A stretch of 64,000 bases of DNA from NCBI GenBank assembly GCA_028826165.1, contig JAPDFW010000069.1:385312-449311 (forward strand). The letters are read 5' to 3'. Positions 37,391 through 50,557 of the stretch are shown here, in pieces. Under the pieces are notes generated by a model that saw only the letters and a program-made list of their open reading frames with translations, was not told the origin of the DNA and ran no database searches. Position 1 is the first letter of the stretch. Each line of letters starts with the position of its first letter. Origin of the DNA: Anaeramoeba ignava BMAN. Lineage: Eukaryota > Protista > Anaeramoebae. The position numbers and the translations under genes are program-made.

Positions 37391-39174
37391 ATGAATGATA
37401 TTTTCTTTTTTGGTGAAAATAAGCCTTTATTTTATCCAAATCAACCTCTTAAAATAATAAAACCAATTCAATTTAAATTTGAAAATGAAACACAAATTAA
37501 ACAAATTTCAACAGGTCAATTTGCAACAATTTTTCTTTTTAAAGATGGAAAAGCAATTCAATATTTAAAAGAAGAAAAAGATTTAAAACAAAATATTGAA
37601 AAAATCCAAATTGAAGAAAATATTCAAAAAGTAACTGTTGGTTGGAGAAATGAAGCTATTTTAACAATAGAAGGAAATGTATTTGCAAAAGGAAAAGATA
37701 TTAATTCAGAAAATCCAAATGAATTTATCAATATTTCATCATTAATTGAAGATAAAAATGATAGAATAATTGAAGATATTGTTTGTGGTTCAAGTTCAAT
37801 TTACTTATTAACTTCAAATCAAAATGCTTATGGAATTGGTTCAAATTATTATGGCCAACTTGGTTTTCAAATTGCAAAAAAAGAAGAAAAACCAATTTTA
37901 ATGATGAAAAATGTTTCTAAAATATTTTCAGGAAATTATTCAACTTCTGTTTTTCTTTTAAATTCAAATCAAGAATTATTTGGATGTGGATATAACTTTT
38001 TTGGAAGACTTGGAATAAAAACGTTAGAAGGACAGTTTATTGGTAAATTAACCAAAATCCAAATATTCCAAAAGGTAAAATAATTGATATTCAAATAGCA
38101 TGGTTTCATTCAATAATGTTGATTGAAGATGAAAATGAAAATGAAAATCCAAAAAGAAAACTTTATTCATGTGGATGTTATCATTATAATGGACTTGGAC
38201 AAAATGAAGATGTGAATGAGTTTACTGAAATCAAATCATCTTTATTTGAAAATGATAATATTCTTGATTTTTCTGCAAGAGGAAATCATACTTTGATTTT
38301 AACTTCCAAAGGGAAATTAATCGGATTTGGAAGTAATTTTTCAGGTCAATTAGGAATTGAAAAGATAGAAAAACAAAATTTTCCAATTCAAATTGAACTT
38401 CCTAAATTAAGATTTAATGAAGATATTTCCAATTATCATGTTCATTGTGGACTTGAAAGATCATTTCTTTATTATTCTCCTTCTTTTTCCAATCTTGAAG
38501 AAGATTTGATAAAACTTTATCAAAGAAAAGAATTTTGTAATATTTCATTTAAAACCGAAAATGGAGAAATAATTGAAGCTCATAAATTAATATTGAAATA
38601 TAGATTAAATCAAAATCAAAATGAAATTGAAAAACTTCAAGAAATTATTTCAAAAATAAATCAATTCAAGAATCAAATCAAATATTTGAAATGATTTATT
38701 CAAATAATTCCAAAATAAATCCAAAATTATATTTAGAAATTAAAGAAATTATAAATTCAAATGAAAAAATTGAAGAAACAATGAAAAGAATTTATTTAAA
38801 TGAAAAAGAAAATGAAAAAGATTTTATAATTGAAAGAAAAGAAAAACAATATAAATTTCCAAAATTAATATTAATAATGAGAAGTGAATTATATCGAGGA
38901 ATGTTTTTATCTGTTACAGAAGATACTTCTAATAAAGTTACAGATTATAGTGAATTAAGTAATAAATCATTTCAAATATTTGAATATTGGATTTATTCAA
39001 ATCAAATTAAAGAAGGAATTCAAATTACACAAGAAATAATTAAAGAAATTGAAACTAGGAATCGATTATTTTCAATTAAATCAAACAAATCCAAATTTAT
39101 TTGATTTATTAATTAACAAATTTAATGATGAAAAGAAGAAGAAAAATGAAAAAGAGAATTGTTTAATTTTTTAA
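37391..39174 (+). CDS. RCC1-BTB copy 4, ending in CaaX (NCLIF); three frameshifts
   Basis: Collinear with the other copies; terminal frame ...KKNEKENCLIF-TAA ends at 39174. Confidence 0.85.
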
Positions 39175-39189
39175 ACAATAAACTTATAT

Positions 39190-42100
39190 AAAAATTGGGA
39201 TAAATAATTAATAATAAATTAATTATAAAATTATTTATTTATATTATAATTTAAAATAATTATTAATTTAGAATTAATTTTATTTAATTTATTTATTATT
39301 AATTTATTATTAAATTTAATTTTATTTTTTATTTAATTTATATAAAAATTGAGATAAATAATTAATAATAAATTAATTATAAAATTATTTATTTATATTA
39401 TAATTTAAAATAATTATTAATTTAGAATTAATTTTATTTAATTTATTTATTATTAATTTATTATTAAATTTGATTTTTATTTTTTATTTAATTTATATAA
39501 AAATTGAGATAAATAATTAATAATAAATTAATTATAAAATTATTTATTTATATTATAATTAAAATATTTATTAATTTAGAATTAATTTTATTTAATTTAT
39601 TTATTATTAATTTATTATTAAATTTGATTTTTACTTTTTATTTAATTTATATAAAAATTGGGATAAATAATTAATAATAAATTATTTATAAAATTATTTA
39701 TTTATATTATAATTAAAATAATTATTAATTTAGAATTAATTTTATTTAATTTATTTATTATTAATTTATTATTAAATTTGATTTTATTTTTATTTAATTT
39801 ATATAAAAATTGAGATATATAATTAATAATAAATTAATTATAAAATTATTTATTTATATTATATTTAAAATAATTATTAATTTAGAATTAATTTTATTTA
39901 ATTTATTTATTATTAATTTATTATTAAATTTGATTTTTATTTTTTATTTAATTTATATAAAAATTGGGATAAATAATTAATAATAAATTAATTATAAAAT
40001 TATTTATTTATATTATATTTAAAATAATTTATTAATTTAGAATTAATTTTATTTAATTTATTTATTATTAATTTATTATTAAATTTTTATTAAATTTTTT
40101 ATTTAATTTATATAAAAATTAAGATAAATAATTAATAATAAATTAATTATAAAATTATTTATTTATATTATAATTAAAATAATTATTAATTTGGAATTAA
40201 TTTTATTTAATTTATTTATTATTAATTTATTATTAAATTTAATTTTTATTTTTTATTTAATTTATATAAAAATTAAGATATATAATTAATAATAAATTAT
40301 TTATAAAATTATTTATTTATATTATATTTAAAATAATTATTAATTTAGAATTAATATTATTTAATTTATTTATTATTAATTTATTATTAAATTTTTATTT
40401 AATTTATATAAAAATTGAGATAAATAATTAATAATAAATTAATTATAAAATTATTTATTTATATTATAATTAAAATATTTATTAATTTGGAATTAATTTT
40501 ATTTAATTTATTTATTATTAATTTATTATTAAATTTAATTTTACTTTTTATTTAATTTATATAAAAATTAAGATAAATAATTAATAATAAATTAATTATA
40601 AAATTATTTATTTATATTATAATTAAAATAATTATTAATTTAGAATTAATATTATTTAATTTATTTATTATTAATTTATTATTAAATTTGATTTTTATTT
40701 TTTATTTAATTTATATAAAAATTGGGATATATAATTAATAATAAATTAATTATAAAATTATTTATTTATATTATAATTAAAATAATTATTAATTTAGAAT
40801 TAATTTTATTTAATTTATTTATTATTAATTTATTATTAAATTTGATTTTATACTTTTTATTTAATTTATATAAAAATTGAGATAAATAATTAATAATAAA
40901 TTAATTATAAAATTATTTATTTATATTATATTTAAAAATATTTATTAATTTAGAATTAATTTTATTTATTTTATTTATTATTAATTTATTATTAAATTTT
41001 TTCCCATTTTTAATTTATATAAAAATTAAGATATATAATTAATAATAAATTAATTATAAAATTATTTATTTATATTATAATTAAAATAATTATTAATTTA
41101 GAATTAATATTATTTTATTAAATTTATTATTAATTTATTATTAAATTTGATTTTTATTTTTTATTTAATTTATATAAAAATTGAGATATATAATTAATAA
41201 TAAATTAATTATAAAATTATTTATTTATATTATAATTAAAATATTTATTAATTTAGAATTAATTTTATTTAATTTATTTATTATTAATTTATTATTAAAT
41301 TTCATTTTACTTTTTATTTAATTTATATAAAAATTGAGATAAATAATTAATAATAAATTAATTATAAAATTATTTATTTATATTATAATTTAAAATAATT
41401 ATTAATTTGGAATTAATTTTATTTAATTTATTTATTATTAATTTATTATTAAATTTGATTTTATTTTTTATTTAATTTATATAAAAATTGAGATAAATAA
41501 TTAATAATAAATTAATTATAAAATTATTTATTTATATTATAATTTAAAATATTTATTAATTTAGAATTAATATTATTTAATTTATTTTATTATTATTAAT
41601 TTATTATTAAATTTGATTTTACTTTTTATTTAATTTATATAAAAATTAAGATAAATAATTAATAATAAATTAATTATAAAATTATTTATTTATATTATAA
41701 TTAAAATATTTATTAATTTAGAATTAATTTTATTTAATTTATTTATTATTAATTTATTATTAAATTTGATTTTACTTTTTATTTAATTTATATAAAAATT
41801 GGGATAAATAATTAATAATAAATTAATTATAAAATTATTTATTTATATTATAATTAAAATATTTATTAATTTAGAATTAATTTTATTTATTTTATTTATT
41901 ATTAATTTATTATTAAATTTGATTTTACTTTTTATTTAATTTATATAAAAATTGAAATAAATAATTAATAATAAATTAATTATAAAATTATTTATTTATA
42001 TTATATTTAAAATAATTATTAATTTAGAATTAATTTTATTTAATTTATTTATTATTAATTTATTATTAAATTTCATTTTATATTTTTATTTAATTTATAT

Positions 42101-42545
42101 AAAAATTAAGATAAATAATTAATAATAAATTAATTATAAAAATTATTTATTTATATTATAATTTAAAATAATTATTAATTTAGAATTAATTTTATTTTAA
42201 TTTATTTATTATTAATTTATTATTAAATTTTTATTAAATTTTTATTTAATTTATATAAAAATTGGGATAAATAATTAATAATAAATTAATTATAAAATTA
42301 TTTATTTATATTATAATTAAAATAATTATTAATTTAGAATTAATTTTATTTATTTTTATTTATTATTAATTTATTATTAAATTTCATTTTACTTTTTATT
42401 TAATTTATATAAAAATTAAGATATATAATTAATAATAAATTAATTATAAAATTATTTATTTATATTATAATTAAAATAATTATTAATTTAGAATTAATAT
42501 TATTTAATTTATTTATTATTAATTTATTATTAAATTTGATTTTAT
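39190..42545. repeat. Homogeneous ~155-bp AT-rich satellite, ~21-22 copies
   Basis: The anchor 'aaaattg(a/g)gataaataattaataat' occurs at ~39197, 39351, 39506 and onward. Confidence 0.93.
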
Positions 42546-42789
42546 TTTTTTTCCCATTTTTTAATTTTCTTTTTTAAAATTTATTTTTAGAAAGAGTTTT
42601 AAATTGAATATTAATTCAATCTTATTCAAAAATAAAGTAAAAAAATTAATAAAATTATTACACGTGTATAATCAAAGATCTTACGAAATGATCAAAATAA
42701 AAAGAAAAACAATTTTTTTTTAATTTTTTTTTTTCATTTTTTTATTTTTTTTTATTTACAAAAAAATTAAAAATTAAAAATTAAAATAA

Positions 42790-43630
42790 ATGTCTTTTCA
42801 ACAATTTACAAATAATTCATTTAGACACAATCAAAGAAAAAACAAAAATACAAAAAAAAATATAAAAAAAAATTTGGTAAATAAATAACACACAATAACA
42901 CACAATAACATAAAAGAATCAAGTTCTAACTTTAATAAACAAAGCAACAAAGCAACAAAGAAAACAAAATAAAACAAAATAAATTAAATTTAAACAAAAT
43001 TTAAACAAAATTATTGGAACTTCTGATTTTAACAAATTATTTCACACTTTTTTTTTTTAAAAAAAAAATGATTGATGATTTTAACAAAAATTTCTAAACT
43101 CATTTTAAATCTTTTATATCTCTATATTTTTTTTTTCTCCGTTCTTTTACAAAAACAAACAGAAACCAAAACGAACGAAAACTATTCAATTTCCAAATCA
43201 AACAACAAACCAAATTCAAAAGCCAAAAACTTTAGATCAAATAAAAATGGAAAAACAAGAAAAACAAAATCAATCTCGAAAAAGAAACATTGATAATTCT
43301 GAACTGAAAAAAGAAATTTCAATGCAAATGCAAATTCAAATGAAATCTCCGCAAAAATCTTCTCCAAATGAACAAATAGATTTACAAAATGAAACTTTAT
43401 CTATATTACATCCAGATGAGAAGCTTTTAATTGAACAAAAAAGATCTAAATTTAGTGTTGATTCAAAACAAAATGCAATTCTTGATTCTCAAATTTTTAA
43501 GCATAATGAAAGTTGGAAAAGTGAATTTGAAACTTTTGATTTCTCAAGTATTGAGGAACAATTAAAAGAAAATATTTTTAATTTTTATGATCAATTAGAA
43601 TCAGAAATTATGTCAATTTTTACAAACTGA
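42790..43630 (+). CDS. Hypothetical protein; exons 42790-42876 and 43163-43630
   Basis: ATG TCT TTT...AAT TTG|GTAAAT...ACAG|AAA CCA is in frame with ORF 43247-43630. No recognisable domain. Confidence 0.55.
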
Positions 43631-44284
43631 AAAAAAAAATATTAACAAAAAGAAGAAGAGAAGATCAAGAATAACTTTTTTTTTATCAAAAAAAAAACAT
43701 CTGTTAAATTTTTATCTTTAGTTGATTGATTTAATTTATATTTTTTTTTCTCAAATTTTATGGAATTTATTTATTTATTCCTTATTCTTCATTCTTATTT
43801 TCTTTCACTTCTGATAAAGATTCTTATAAAGATTCTTATTTGATCGTGTATGATAAAGAAATCAAAAAAAAAAAAATTGAATAAAAAACAACAAATGAAA
43901 CAAACAAAGAAAATAGATGTCAAGTTCTACATTTCCTTTCCAAATTTCAATTTTTCACAATTTTTTTTTTCAAAAGACACAAATCAAATTTAAAAGAAAA
44001 AACAAAAGAAAAATTATTTAAATTCGAATTGGTTGCTTATTAATTTAATTTAATTTAATTTAATTTAATTTAATTTACTATTATTAATTTTGTTACTTAT
44101 TCTCCAATATTCGATTTTCCAAACAAAAAATTTTTTTACCAATTTACAATTTACAATTTCAAATATTTTTTTTACATATTATATATATCTCTCTCCATTT
44201 CTGAATTTCTATTTATATTTTTATCAAACAATTTAGATCTTTCAAAGCCAAAGAATTAAATACAAATCAATTTTATATTTCCAA

Positions 44285-45090
44285 ATGATTTAACAAAACA
44301 AAAATATATATATAAATCAAAATAGATAAGAAGAAGAACAAAAGAACAAAAGAAACCAAAATATTATTTATATTTACAAAGTGTTGATTTAAACTGCTTT
44401 TCATTTCATTACATTTTATTATATAAATTGAGTGACTTTTTATTTTCAAAAAACAAAAAACAAAAAACAAAAATATATATAAATCAAAATAGATAAAAAG
44501 AAGAACAAAAGAACAAAAGAAACCAAAATATTATTTATATTTACAAAGTGTTGATTTAAATTGCTTTTCATTTCATTTCATTTCATTTTATTATATAAAT
44601 TGAGTGACTTTTTATTTTCAAAACAAAAAACAAAAAAAAAAACAAAAATATATATATAAATCAAAATAGATAAGAAGAAGAACAAAAGAACAAAAGAAAC
44701 CAAAATATTATTTATATTTACAAAGTGTTGATTTAAATTGCTTTTCATTTCATTTCATTTTATTATATAAATTGAGTGACTTTTTATTTCCAAAAACAAA
44801 AAACAAAAACAAAAATATATAAATCAAAATAGATAAGAAGAAGAACAAAAGAACAAAAGAAACCAAAATAATATTTATATTTACAAAGTGTTGATTTAAA
44901 TTGCTTTTCATTTCATTTCATTTTATTATACAAATTGAGTGACTTTTTATTTCCAAAAAACAAAAAACAAAAAACAAAAAACAAAAACAAATACATATAT
45001 AAATCAAAATAGATAAGAAGAAGAACAAAAGAACAAAAGAAACCAAAACAATACTTATATTTACAAAGTGTTGATTTAAATTGCATTTCA
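44285..45090. repeat. ~165-180 bp tandem repeat, ~4.7 copies
   Basis: 'aaatcaaaatagataagaagaagaacaaaagaac...tttacaaagtgttgatttaaa' occurs at ~44311, 44478, 44655, 44818 and 44998. Confidence 0.9.
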
Positions 45091-45912
45091 TTTTATAAAC
45101 TGAGTTTTCATATAGAAAAAAAGAGAGAGATAAAATATCATTTTATTATTTTCAATTCACAAAGAACAAATAGGAGAAAATTTTCAACAAAATTTTTCAA
45201 ATCAATTCAGCATACAGACATATTTTTTTTCCAGCAATTTAATTTATATTTACATTTATATTTATATTTACGTTCTAGATGGTTGTTACTTTTCAATTTA
45301 TTTGAATTAATTATTATTATTTATTATTATTACAATTAATTAATTAGTTGGTTTATTATTTATTTATTTATTTAAATTCAAGTGCATTCAAATTCAAGTT
45401 CATGATTTAATTTTATTAATTTCAACTTTAATTTTAATTTTTATATTGCAAGTTTATTCAAATTTATTATTTATATTTTAATTATTTAATTATTTAATTA
45501 TTTAAAGAAATGTTAAATTAGGTTGTAGATTCGGTAAGTTTTTATTTTTTTTTAATTTTAATTTTAATTATTTTATAATTATTTTAGTAGTTCATTTATA
45601 AATTTATTATTTAATTTACAATATTCACAAATGAATTTTATTAAGAAGGATTGCAAATAAAAAAAAACAAAATATAATTATTTATCAATTTAAAATTAGT
45701 TTAGAAATTAGTTATTTATTTATTAATTTATTTATAAAAGAAGATTCAAGTTTATACAATTATTTAAATTTATTCAACATCAACAACAAAATATTACAAG
45801 AACGATTTAATCAGATTTATTAAATTTATTTTCAAATTCAAAATTAAATATTCAATATTTAATTTAATCAAATTTAATTACCAGTTTATGATTTAATATA
45901 ATTTTAATTTAA

Positions 45913-48900
45913 GTCAATTATCAAATACAATTTAAACATCAATTTCTCCTATTTCCAAATATCAATTATCAAATATCAATTTAAACAGTTTCTTTATTTT
46001 CAATTTAATTATCAATTTAAATATCAATTTCTCCTTATTTCCAAATATTAATTATCAATTTAATTATCAATTTCTCCTTATTTCCAAATATCAATTATCA
46101 ATTATCAATTTAAACAGTTCTTTATTTCCAATTTAATTATCAATTTAAACAGTTCTTTATTTCCAAATATCAATTATTAATTATCAATTTAAACAGTTTC
46201 TTTATTTCCAAATATCAATTTAAACAGTTTCTTTATTTTCAATTTAATTATCAATTTAAACAGTTCCTTATTTCCAATTTAATTATCAATTTCTCCTTAT
46301 TTCCAAATATCAATTATCAATTTAATTATCAATTTCTCCTATTTCCAAATATTAATTATTAATTATCAATTTAAACAGTTTCTTTATTTCCAATTTAATT
46401 ATCAATTTAAACAGTTCTTTATTTTCCAATTTAAAATTATCAATTTCTCCTATTTCCAAATATCAATTATCAATTTAATTATCAATTTCTCCTTATTTCC
46501 AAATATCAATTATTAATTATCAATTTAAACAGTTTCTTTATTTCCAATTTAATTATCAATTTAAACAGTTCTTTATTTTCCAATTTAATTATCAATTATC
46601 AATTTCTCCTATTTCCAAATATCAATTATCAATTTAAACAGTTCTTATTTCCAAATATCAATTATCAATTTAAACAGTTCTTTATTTCCAAATATTAATT
46701 ATCAATTTAATTATCAATTTAAACAGTTCTTTATTTTCAATTTAATTATCAATTTAAACATCAATTTCTTCTATTTCCAAATATCAATTATTAATTATCA
46801 ATTTAAACAGTTCTTTATTTTCAATTTAATTATCAATTTAAACAGTTCTTTATTTTCAATTTAATTATCAAATATCAATTTAAACAGTTTCTTTATTTTC
46901 AATTTAATTATCAATTTAAACAGTTTCTTTATTTCCAATTTAATTATCAATTTAAACAGTTCTTTATTTTCCAATTTAATTATCAATTATCAATTTCTCC
47001 TTATTTCCAAATATCAATTATCAATTTAATTATCAATTTCTCCTTATTTCCAAATATCAATTATTAATTATCAATTTAAACAGTTTCTTTATTTCCAAAT
47101 ATCAATTTAAACAGTTCTTTATTTCCAAATATCAATTATCAATTATTAATTTAAACAGTTCTTTATTTCCAAATATCAATTATTAATTATCAATTTAAAC
47201 AGTTTCTTTATTTCCAAATATCAATTTAAACAGTTCTTTATTTCCAAATATCAATTATCAATTTAAACAGTTCTTTATTTTCAATTTAATTATCAATTTC
47301 TCCTATTTCCAATTTAATTATCAATTATCAATTTAAACAGTTTCTTTATTTCCAAATATCAATTATCAATTATCAATTTCTTCTTATTTCCAAATATCAA
47401 TTATCAATTATCAATTTAATTATCAATTTCTCCTTATTTCCAATTTAATTATCAATTTCTCCTTATTTCCAAATATCAATTATCAATTATCAATTTAATT
47501 ATCAATTTAAGCAGTTTCTTTATTTCCAATTTAATTATCAATTTAATTATCAATTTAAACAGTTCTTTATTTCCAATTTAATTATCAATTTAAACAGTTC
47601 TTTATTTCCAATTTAATTATCAATTTAAACAGTTCTTTATTTTCCAATTTAATTATCAATTTAAACAGTTCTTCTATTTCCAAATATCAATTATCAATTT
47701 AATTATCAATTTCTCCTTATTTTCAAATATTATCAATTATTAATTATCAATTTCTCCTTATTTCCAAATATCAATTATCAATTTAAACAGTTCTTTATTT
47801 TCCAATTTAATTATCAATTTAATTATCAATTTAAACAGTTTCTTTATTTTCAATTTAATTATCAATTTAAACAGTTCTTTATTTCCAAATATCAATTATC
47901 AATTATCAATTATTAATTATCAATTTAAACAGTTCTTTATTTTCCAATTTAATTATCAATTTAAACAGTTCTTTATTTCCAATTTAATTATCAATTTCTC
48001 CTTATTTCCAAATATCAATTATTAAATATCAATTTAATTATCAATTTAAACAGTTTCTTTATTTCCAATTTAATTATCAATTTCTCCTATTTCCAAATAT
48101 CAAATATCAATTTAATTATCAATTTAAACAGTTCTTATTTCCAATTATCAATTATTAATTATCAATTTCTCCTATTTCCAAATATTAATTATCAATTATC
48201 AATTTAATTATCAATTTCTCCTATTTCCAAATATCAATTATCAATTATCAATTTAAACAGTTCTTTATTTCCAATTTAATTATCAATTTCTCCTTATTTC
48301 CAAATATTAATTATCAATTATCAATTTAATTATCAATTTAATTATCAATTTCTCCTATTTCCAAATATCAATTATTAATTATCAATTTAAACAGTTTCTT
48401 TATTTTCAATTTAATTATCAATTTAAACAGTTCCTTATTTCCAAATATCAATTATTAATTATCAATTTAAACAGTTTCTTTATTTTCAATTTAATTATCA
48501 ATTTAAACAGTTCCTTATTTCCAATTTAATTATCAATTTCTCCTTATTTCCAAATATCAATTATCAATTATTAATTATCAATTTCTCCTTATTTCCAAAT
48601 ATCAATTATCAATTTAAACAGTTCTTTATTTTCCAATTTAATTATCAATTTAATTATCAATTTAAACAGTTTCTTTATTTCCAATTTAATTATCAATTTA
48701 AACAGTTCTTTATTTTCAATTTAATTATCAATTTAAACAGTTCTTTATTTCCAAATATTAATTATCAATTATCAATTATTAATTATCAATTTAAACAGTT
48801 CTTTATTTTCCAATTTAATTATCAATTTAATTATCAATTTAAACAGTTTCTTTATTTCCAATTTAATTATCAATTTAATTATCAATTTAAACAGTTTCTT

Positions 48901-49490
48901 TATTTCCAAATATTAATTATCAATTATCAATTTAAACAGTTTCTTTATTTCCAAATATCAATTATTAATTATCAATTTAAACAGTTTCTTTATTTCCAAA
49001 TATCAATTATTAATTATCAATTTAAACAGTTTCTTTATTTCCAAATATTAATTATCAATTATCAATTTAAACAGTTTCTTTATTTCCAAATATCAATTAT
49101 CAAATATCAATTTAAACAGTTCTTTATTTCCAAATATCAATTATTAATTATCAATTTAAACAGTTTCTTTATTTCCAAATATCAATTATCAATTATCAAT
49201 TTAATTATCAATTTAAACAGTTCTTTATTTTCCAATTTAATTATTAATTATCAATTTCTCCTATTTCCAAATATCAATTATTAGTTATCAATTTAAACAG
49301 TTCTTCTATTTCCAAATATCAATTATTAATTATCAATTTCTCCTTATTTTCAAATATTATCAATTATTAATTATCAATTTAAACAGTTTCTTTATTTTCA
49401 AATATCAATTATTAATTATCAATTTAAACAGTTCTTTATTTCCAAATATCAATTATCAATTTAAACAGTTCTTTATTTCCAATTTAATTC
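45913..49490. repeat. 3.6-kb modular minisatellite (ttatcaa / tttaaacagtt(t)ctttatttccaa / tttctccttatttccaaatatcaa modules)
   Basis: A few short modules are concatenated in irregular order. Confidence 0.92.
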
Positions 49491-49753
49491 AGAACTATGA
49501 TCATTTAAAAAAAGTAAGAAAATTTGCTTTATTTTTTAACTAACAAAATCAATCAAAAATTCTATCAAAAAATAAGATTGTTGCTTTGTTGCTTTGTTAC
49601 TTAAATTTATTTATTTTTCTTTCTTTTTCTTTTTTTTTTTTTTTTATTTAATAAAATTAAAATTAAAATTGAAATTTGTTTTTGTTTTTATTTTTGTTTT
49701 TCTTTTTGTTGTTGTTTTTGTTTTTGTTTGTGTTGTTGAATTGAATAAAAAAA

Positions 49754-50470
49754 TTAATTCCTTTTCTCAAGTGAAAACCAAAGAATAAAAATAGGTTCAT
49801 CCAATACTCGGAAATACATTTTTCCAACAAATAAATTAGTATTGGGAATTTGACGAATTTCATCAAGAAGTGGAGCAACTTCAATAGCATTATTTCCATA
49901 AACATCATAATCAATTTTCAAACTGTAATAAGAAGAATTTTGAACTGCTGGAGAAATATAAATCTTCATTGGATAATCTTCTGAATGCTTCATTGGCCAA
50001 TAATTGGTTCCACTTCTATTGTGAGCATCGTTTTGTGGATAAAATCTTTTCTGGAAATTTAAACCTTGAGAAAAAAGTTCATCTGTAAAAATATCAGGAG
50101 TTTGACCTGTCAAAAGCTCAAAAACATCTTTTCCAAGAGTTCCAAAATCAACATAATTCACAATCCCATCATATCGATTCCCTCTCATACTTTGAGTTGA
50201 TGGACATACTCCCCAATCAAATAAAGTTTGTAAATCCTTATTAGAAAAAAAAAAAAAGCAAAAAAAATGAATATGAATTTTTGTTGCATTTTGGAATTGT
50301 TTTACTCCTTTATCAGTTGAAGATAAATCCCAAAGATGATAAGAATAATTGGATATGAAAACACCTGTGCGAACATAACATTCCAAAGGAGTGTATTTGG
50401 ATAAGTCACAACTTTGACAAATAGCAAATAAAAAGAAAAGAGAAAGTGAAAGGAATTGAAAAACTTTCAT
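49754..50470 (-). CDS. Secreted hypothetical protein with a probable in-frame 69-nt intron (50237-50305)
   Basis: Signal peptide MKVFQFLSLSLFFLFAICQS. GGA|GTAAAA...poly-T...TAAG|GAT removes an implausible FFCFFFF stretch. Confidence 0.65.
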   Translation of the reverse strand: MKVFQFLSLSLFFLFAICQSCDLSKYTPLECYVRTGVFISNYSYHLWDLSSTDKGVKQFQNATKIHIHFFCFFFFSNKDLQTLFDWGVCPSTQSMRGNRYDGIVNYVDFGTLGKDVFELLTGQTPDIFTDELFSQGLNFQKRFYPQNDAHNRSGTNYWPMKHSEDYPMKIYISPAVQNSSYYSLKIDYDVYGNNAIEVAPLLDEIRQIPNTNLFVGKMYFRVLDEPIFILWFSLEKRN

Positions 50471-50557
50471 TTTTGGAAATGAAAAAGAAAAATGGAAAAA
50501 AAGTGAAAAAAATTTTTTTATTTTTTTTTAATTTTTAAGTGTTTTTTTTTGTCTGGA

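Noticed and set aside
11680-39060. Frameshifts in BTB-family genes as programmed frameshifting or pseudogenisation
   Set aside because: They are mostly single-base indels in homopolymers at different places in each copy, with otherwise clean frames. Long-read polishing errors in multicopy genes are the simpler explanation.
45913-49490. CRISPR-like repeat-spacer appearance
   Set aside because: There are no unique spacers, only reshuffled modules. The context is eukaryotic and no cas genes are present.
50237-50287. GC-AG intron in the secreted protein gene
   Set aside because: A canonical in-frame GTAAAA donor at 50305 gives a normal 69-nt intron.
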